Shown in pieces: positions 59,127-64,000 of a stretch of 64,000 nucleotides of DNA. Made by a program: the position numbers and the translations under genes. The stretch is from Myxococcota bacterium. Its GTDB lineage: Bacteria > Myxococcota_A > SURF-8. Position 1 is the first letter of the stretch; the number at the start of each line of letters is the position of its first letter. Where the stretch lies: NCBI GenBank assembly GCA_963674735.2, contig CAXXQS010000002.1, positions 2,272,001 to 2,336,000 of the forward strand, in the 5' to 3' direction. Under the pieces are notes generated by a model. It was not told the origin of the DNA and did not search any database. It was given only the letters and a program-made list of their open reading frames with translations.

Positions 59127-59295
59127 GGTGGAATACGGATTCCCGCGTTATTTGAGTCATTTACATGCGATAACGAACCATCCAACCTGGCGGCAAAGAA
59201 AAAAGGGGCGATTCCGTACCGATTTGATGTTTGACCAGCCGAAAAATTCATAGTATTTAGTGGTTATTGCAATCTTGTAAAAAATAGAGGCGAAG

Positions 59296-61974
59296 ATGAA
59301 ATTGTGTACCTGCTGGGCTGTTGTTGTTTTCCTGCTGATTTTCTCATGCTGTGTCGGTTGTGGTTCCGATGTGAACGATCCGGACGGAGATCGTTCGGAC
59401 GGCGACGATCCCGACGGCGACGATCCCGATGGCGACGATCCCGATGGCGATGATCCCGATGGCGATGATCCGGACGGTGATGGTCCGGACGGCGACGACC
59501 CGGACGGCGATGAACCAGATGGTGACAATGACAGCGACGGCGATTCGGATTCCTCCGAGGAGACCGGGATCAATACGCCTATGGCCAGGAAGGTGACCAC
59601 CCTGATCCATGTCGACGAGCCAACTTGGTTGTTGCCTGGTGTCAGCAGCGAAAAAATGGGCAGTATCCTGGATGACAAGGGCAGTGACACTCCTGGTGCT
59701 GAAATCGGACAGATTTTGGACCGCTTGATGACGGATCAGCCGAATGGGCGGTTGGTGGAGATCCAGTCCGGCGATGTGGACGCCGACGGAAAAGACGAAA
59801 TCGTGGTGCTTAGCCTTTATACCGATCACGAAAATACCGAATATCGTTTCGACTTTCCCCGTATCACGCTCATCGATGACCAGGATGCCGGATTTGCCGT
59901 CATCGGTACGATCGATAAAACGCCTTTCGAGGTAGATCCGCTTAACCCCGATTTTGATTCCTACCTTGCCATGGATCTGGCCTTGGGCAACCTCGATGAC
60001 GATGATGCCCTGGAGATTATCGTTGTCGGCACCTACGGGCGGATTTCCATCAACAATTATTCAGGGAATGAGACGTTTCAGCATGCCAGTGTGATCGCTA
60101 CCTTCGATGATGCCACCAACGCACTGGCACCCTTGGCCTTCAATGCCGAGGTGGGGGTCGACATGTTGAGCATGCATGTCGATACCGGAGACGTCGATCA
60201 TGACAACCGCGACGAAATCATCGTCGTTGCCAAGGGAAAGAATGGTTACGTCAAAGCCTGGGCTTTGGACGATCATGTGCAGGCATACGCTGAACTCCAT
60301 CTCTGGCACAATCTCGATGACCAGGTTTTTACCAACACCAGTGGGCTGCCGAATCTGGTCTGTGGAGATTTCGACGGCGACGGTCTTGATGAAATCACCT
60401 TCGGAGCTGTCGCTCAATCTGGCTACTGCCGCTTGCAAACGCGTGTTTTCGATGATGCCCTCCAAGGATTCGCCTACATGGAAGGAAAGTATATCGAAGA
60501 CTGCCCGAATAGAATCTGGAATAGGTACATTCCCTTGCAGCTTGCCGCCGCGGATTTCGATGGCAATGGCAAGGACGATGTCATCATTGCGGTTCACGAT
60601 GTCTACTACGACGATCGTGGCTGGTCTCTGTTTTATTTTCGACCCGACCGAGATGACTCGGGAATCATCGAAACCGAAAGATTGGGCAAGCCCAATGGAG
60701 AATTTTTTGCGCGAACCCCGTTCGACATGCTTCCCGGCGGCTTCCATCTGGCCGTCGGCGATTTCAATCGCGACCGCCGGGACGATGTCTTTGCCATCTA
60801 TCATCGCTATAATGAGGGGGGGATTTGGGGCCGCGATTTGAATGAGGATGACGAGTCCGTAATTGAGGGATTTGATGCCAAACGATGGTTTTTCGACGAT
60901 GCGAATTTCATTGTCGACGATGAATGGAGTTGGGATCTTCCTGAAAGCCTACCCTACGGGACTGCGATTCAGCCTCTGGTGGGGCTGGGCGATTTAGACG
61001 GCGACAGCATGGTTGTCCGCTACACGGGAGAGAAATGGCTGGCCATGAGCGAGCCGCGTATCGTGGTGGCAATGGCCATGCCGCCGGGCTGGGCTTCTAT
61101 TCCCCAGGACAACAAAAACAATACTTGGGTTGGTTACGGACAGGTTCGGGAGGAGTCCAACTCCGAGTCCAACGAAATCGCCATGTCGGCTTCCGTGACG
61201 ATGAGCATGGAAGCGTCCGATCCTTTCGGGATCGTGTCGGCCTCGGCCTCCACTTCTTTGAAGGAGGAACTGGCCAAAACGACCACCGTGACCAAAACGA
61301 CCAGCACGGGCGTCAAGCGCATTGGTAATTGGGCACCGGATGATTTGGATAATTTCGTGATCTATACCGCGACGGAGTACGAGCGGTTTCAGTATGAGAT
61401 TATCACGCATGAAGACTCGGACAAGATCGGAACCTTGCTGACCATCGATGTTCCGGTTGAAACCAACACCTATAAAAAGACCGTCACGGCTTTCAACGAA
61501 CAAAACGGCGACTATCGCGATATCGGTGCGGAAACCTTCGGTCATACGGTTGGTGACCCGTCCAGCTATCCCACCGAGACCGAACGTGACGCCATACTCG
61601 CCGCCTATACGGGCTGGATTACCCCCGCTTCAAGCGAACCCTTATATTCGATTGGGGAAACTTCAGCAGGTGGCACGGAAGTGTTTATCTCCATGAGTGA
61701 AGAAAACGCCGAGGCCGAGGCGCGCACTCTCGGGGTCGAGGTGTCGGCGGGATTTTCGGTGGGAGGGGTCGGAGTGGAAACCACGGTTGGCCTCAGCAAC
61801 ACGAGTATCTACGAAATCGCCATTGCGGAATCCACGGAGTATGTTGGTAGCGTAGGGGATATACCAAGCAGTGATTACATGGATTACAACTATGGCTTCG
61901 GTATGTTCGTTTATAATTTCGAGCGCGATGACGGGGTAAAATACCAGGTTATCAACTGGTGTGTGGAAGAGTAG
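59296..61974 (+). CDS. FG-GAP/VCBS-repeat lipoprotein with a DGDDP linker and a Ser/Thr-rich C-terminal domain
   Basis: Lipobox CVGC; GDVDADGKDEI, GDFDGDGLDEI, ADFDGNGKDDV, GDFNRDRRDDV. Confidence 0.82.
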   Translation: MKLCTCWAVVVFLLIFSCCVGCGSDVNDPDGDRSDGDDPDGDDPDGDDPDGDDPDGDDPDGDGPDGDDPDGDEPDGDNDSDGDSDSSEETGINTPMARKVTTLIHVDEPTWLLPGVSSEKMGSILDDKGSDTPGAEIGQILDRLMTDQPNGRLVEIQSGDVDADGKDEIVVLSLYTDHENTEYRFDFPRITLIDDQDAGFAVIGTIDKTPFEVDPLNPDFDSYLAMDLALGNLDDDDALEIIVVGTYGRISINNYSGNETFQHASVIATFDDATNALAPLAFNAEVGVDMLSMHVDTGDVDHDNRDEIIVVAKGKNGYVKAWALDDHVQAYAELHLWHNLDDQVFTNTSGLPNLVCGDFDGDGLDEITFGAVAQSGYCRLQTRVFDDALQGFAYMEGKYIEDCPNRIWNRYIPLQLAAADFDGNGKDDVIIAVHDVYYDDRGWSLFYFRPDRDDSGIIETERLGKPNGEFFARTPFDMLPGGFHLAVGDFNRDRRDDVFAIYHRYNEGGIWGRDLNEDDESVIEGFDAKRWFFDDANFIVDDEWSWDLPESLPYGTAIQPLVGLGDLDGDSMVVRYTGEKWLAMSEPRIVVAMAMPPGWASIPQDNKNNTWVGYGQVREESNSESNEIAMSASVTMSMEASDPFGIVSASASTSLKEELAKTTTVTKTTSTGVKRIGNWAPDDLDNFVIYTATEYERFQYEIITHEDSDKIGTLLTIDVPVETNTYKKTVTAFNEQNGDYRDIGAETFGHTVGDPSSYPTETERDAILAAYTGWITPASSEPLYSIGETSAGGTEVFISMSEENAEAEARTLGVEVSAGFSVGGVGVETTVGLSNTSIYEIAIAESTEYVGSVGDIPSSDYMDYNYGFGMFVYNFERDDGVKYQVINWCVEE
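59383..59547 (+). repeat. Coding 15-nt tandem repeat encoding about 10 DGDDP units
   Basis: GACGGCGACGATCCC-type units with synonymous variation. Confidence 0.9.
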
Positions 61975-62083
61975 AATCGCTTTTCCTAGATCCGTGAACC
62001 CGAGTTCGTCGCCAAACTACCGAGCAGGTCGGTTGTTTTCTAGGCTGTGTTGATGATGGGGGCCGATCCCGCCTGCCGGATCT

Positions 62084-63298
62084 CTAACCTGTGATCAGCC
62101 GTTCGTTATCCAACTGGCGGTGGCGCAGGAACAAAATCAGCGGGATGGCCGATAGCAGCACGAACGTGTTCGCCAGCCAGTATAGATGCTCGATCGGCAG
62201 CAGGTCGCTGGCTGCGCCGGTGAGGATGCCGCCCGTAAAACCGCCCAGGCCGATAACCAGGCTGGCCCATAGCGTCTGGTAGCTGTTGCGCATATGGGGT
62301 GGAGCCTGACTGGCGACCAGCCGGGTTCCCACGATGTAGAACAGAGCGAAGCCCAGGCTGTGCAGGGTTTGTGCGGCGAGAATCAGCCAGATCGGGGCGG
62401 CCAGGGCGAAGATCGTGTAGCGCAAAAGCGAGGAGAACAGAATCGCCCCGAAAAGGGTGGGTAGGCGGAAGTGCCGGATCAGGCGGTTGGACACCAGAAA
62501 CAAGAAGAATTCAACCAGCGTTGAAATCGCCCAGCCGATACCGATCCACAGGCCGACGTTATCGAATCCTTGGCGGACAAGCATTTCCTTTAAAAATACG
62601 CTGAACAGGTGCATGTAAGGGATGAAGCTGATCCAATAAAGCATGCCGAAAAGGAAAAACAGCAGCAACCCCTGTTTGCGCACCGAGGCCAGGATGCGAA
62701 AGATATTGAGCGGTACCCGACTACCGGCGCGGTCTTCGTCGGCACCGGTGTCGTCGACGAACCAGACCGCGATTCCGGTAAGCCATAGGGCCACCGGAAT
62801 GACGAACATCAGCGATTCGAGCGGTACCCATTCCAGAATCGCTCCTCCCAAAAGCGTCGTGATGAGAAAAGTCAGCGTTCCCATTGCGCGGGCGGTGGCG
62901 AATTGCGCCCGGATGTTGCGCAAGGAGATGGCATCGAGGGTGGGAATGACGGGGGTGGCGAACAGGGAAAAGACGAGCATTCCACCGATCAGCCAATAGC
63001 CCTCGGGGTGGCGTGAAAAAACGAGAAATACCGCTCCCGACACCGTCAACAGGACGGTCAGCGTGATACGGCGATTGAGTACGCGGTCCATCAAGTAACC
63101 CCAGATGGGCGGGGCGAAGAAGGCCACCAAGGGAAACAGTGAGAAAACCCAGGTTGCAAAACGTCGACTGTTGCCCGCTTCCACCAAGTATAAAACAAAA
63201 TAGGGAATCAAAATACCCCAGGAGACGAAGAACAGGCCGTACAACCACATAAAGGGTATCAGGCGAGGCGCGGAAGTGGTTGGTGCGGTCGGGGTCAC
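62084..63298 (-). CDS. MFS transporter (MFS_1-like)
   Basis: About 12 TM segments; PIWGYLMDR, RAMGT, AQTLHSLGF. Confidence 0.85.
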   Translation of the reverse strand: MTPTAPTTSAPRLIPFMWLYGLFFVSWGILIPYFVLYLVEAGNSRRFATWVFSLFPLVAFFAPPIWGYLMDRVLNRRITLTVLLTVSGAVFLVFSRHPEGYWLIGGMLVFSLFATPVIPTLDAISLRNIRAQFATARAMGTLTFLITTLLGGAILEWVPLESLMFVIPVALWLTGIAVWFVDDTGADEDRAGSRVPLNIFRILASVRKQGLLLFFLFGMLYWISFIPYMHLFSVFLKEMLVRQGFDNVGLWIGIGWAISTLVEFFLFLVSNRLIRHFRLPTLFGAILFSSLLRYTIFALAAPIWLILAAQTLHSLGFALFYIVGTRLVASQAPPHMRNSYQTLWASLVIGLGGFTGGILTGAASDLLPIEHLYWLANTFVLLSAIPLILFLRHRQLDNERLITG

Positions 63299-63740
63299 GG
63301 TCCCTCCATTGAAATTGGCATGAAAATCCGGTCGATTCGACCGGAAACCACGCCATCATACTCCGAGCTTTTCCGATTGCAACGGATATTGTCCGCCAGT
63401 CGAGCTGCGGGAAACAACGAATTGTCTCCTCCGCGGATCGGTACGTCTGTCCATTGCGCAGGGTCGAACCGAAAAGGCAGCAGGTTGTCCGGTGCCGCTC
63501 GGCAGGCAAGATCCGGATTTTGGCCATCCTATTCCATCCAGTCGCGGTGCAAGCCGTAAAAGTGTCGGGGAGTTGAAAAAACATGGGGTCCGTGCTACAA
63601 GAGACAAACCGTAGAAAGACCTCGCACCCCGTATGGTGTGAACCGGAAGCGGCGATACCCGAAAACCGAACGTCCGTTGCCACACGGTCGGGGCAAGCTC
63701 CCCTCCCCAAACGGACCCCCATAGAAAGGACCGACAGCTC

Positions 63741-64000
63741 ATGAGTGATGCGGCCATTCCCCGAGGTTTCAACGGCCATCCCAAAGGTCTTTTCCTGCTC
63801 TTCGGCGTCGAGGCCTGGGAGCGCTTCAGCTATTACGGCATGCGTGCGCTGCTGGTGCTTTATATGACCAAAGTGCTCATGTTCTCCACCGAACAGGCGG
63901 GCAGTGTCTACGGCTGGTATACGGGGCTGGTTTACCTCACTCCGCTGGTCGGCGGCTATATTGCCGACCGCTACCTGGGGCAGCGCAAATGCATTTTCAT
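63741..64000 (+). CDS. POT/PTR-family peptide transporter, runs off the window edge
   Basis: Manual translation: [42 protein letters not shown]...[13 protein letters not shown] (ExxERFxYY motif). Confidence 0.92.
   Translation, partial: MSDAAIPRGFNGHPKGLFLLFGVEAWERFSYYGMRALLVLYMTKVLMFSTEQAGSVYGWYTGLVYLTPLVGGYIADRYLGQRKCIF

Noticed and set aside
59383-59547. Tandem repeat as a CRISPR array
   Set aside because: The 15-nt units have no spacers, are in frame, vary at synonymous sites, and no cas genes are present.

Overview
Chromosomal window (roughly 60% GC) from what is probably a deltaproteobacterial-type anaerobe. That assignment is an inference from gene content: a Desulfobacterota-style acs cluster, split purH and iorAB, alongside myxobacteria-like PrkA, TPR and DGD-repeat lipoproteins. 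The core is a Wood-Ljungdahl carbonyl-branch cluster (small ORF-acsD-cooS-acsB-acsC-acsE-DUF3786-cooC, plus cooT), transcribed divergently from a 1193-aa SHMT(GlyA)-GcvT fusion. The window also has PrkA, an MMPL transporter, a PilB/PilC pair, a TPR protein, rfbB, amphi-Trp plus PhoU-kinase, ribF plus a glycosyltransferase cluster, a GC-mosaic transmembrane HEAT/NACHT gene, a four-gene sulfation operon, ino1, a low-GC ImmA-peptidase cassette, dusB, three acidic lipoproteins, and MFS and POT transporters. Best leads: (1) a homologous ~45-aa strand+coiled-coil module on both the AcsD C-terminus and the CODH N-terminus, a candidate docking tether; (2) an ASST / Tyr-bearing membrane micropeptide / PAPS sulfotransferase / cysC operon, a candidate trans-envelope sulfate relay; (3) the transmembrane NLR-like gene whose HEAT modules are AT-rich while its NTPase core is GC-rich. 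I saw no tRNA, rRNA, CRISPR array, transposase or integrase. All calls come from motif reading by eye; no database searches were run.
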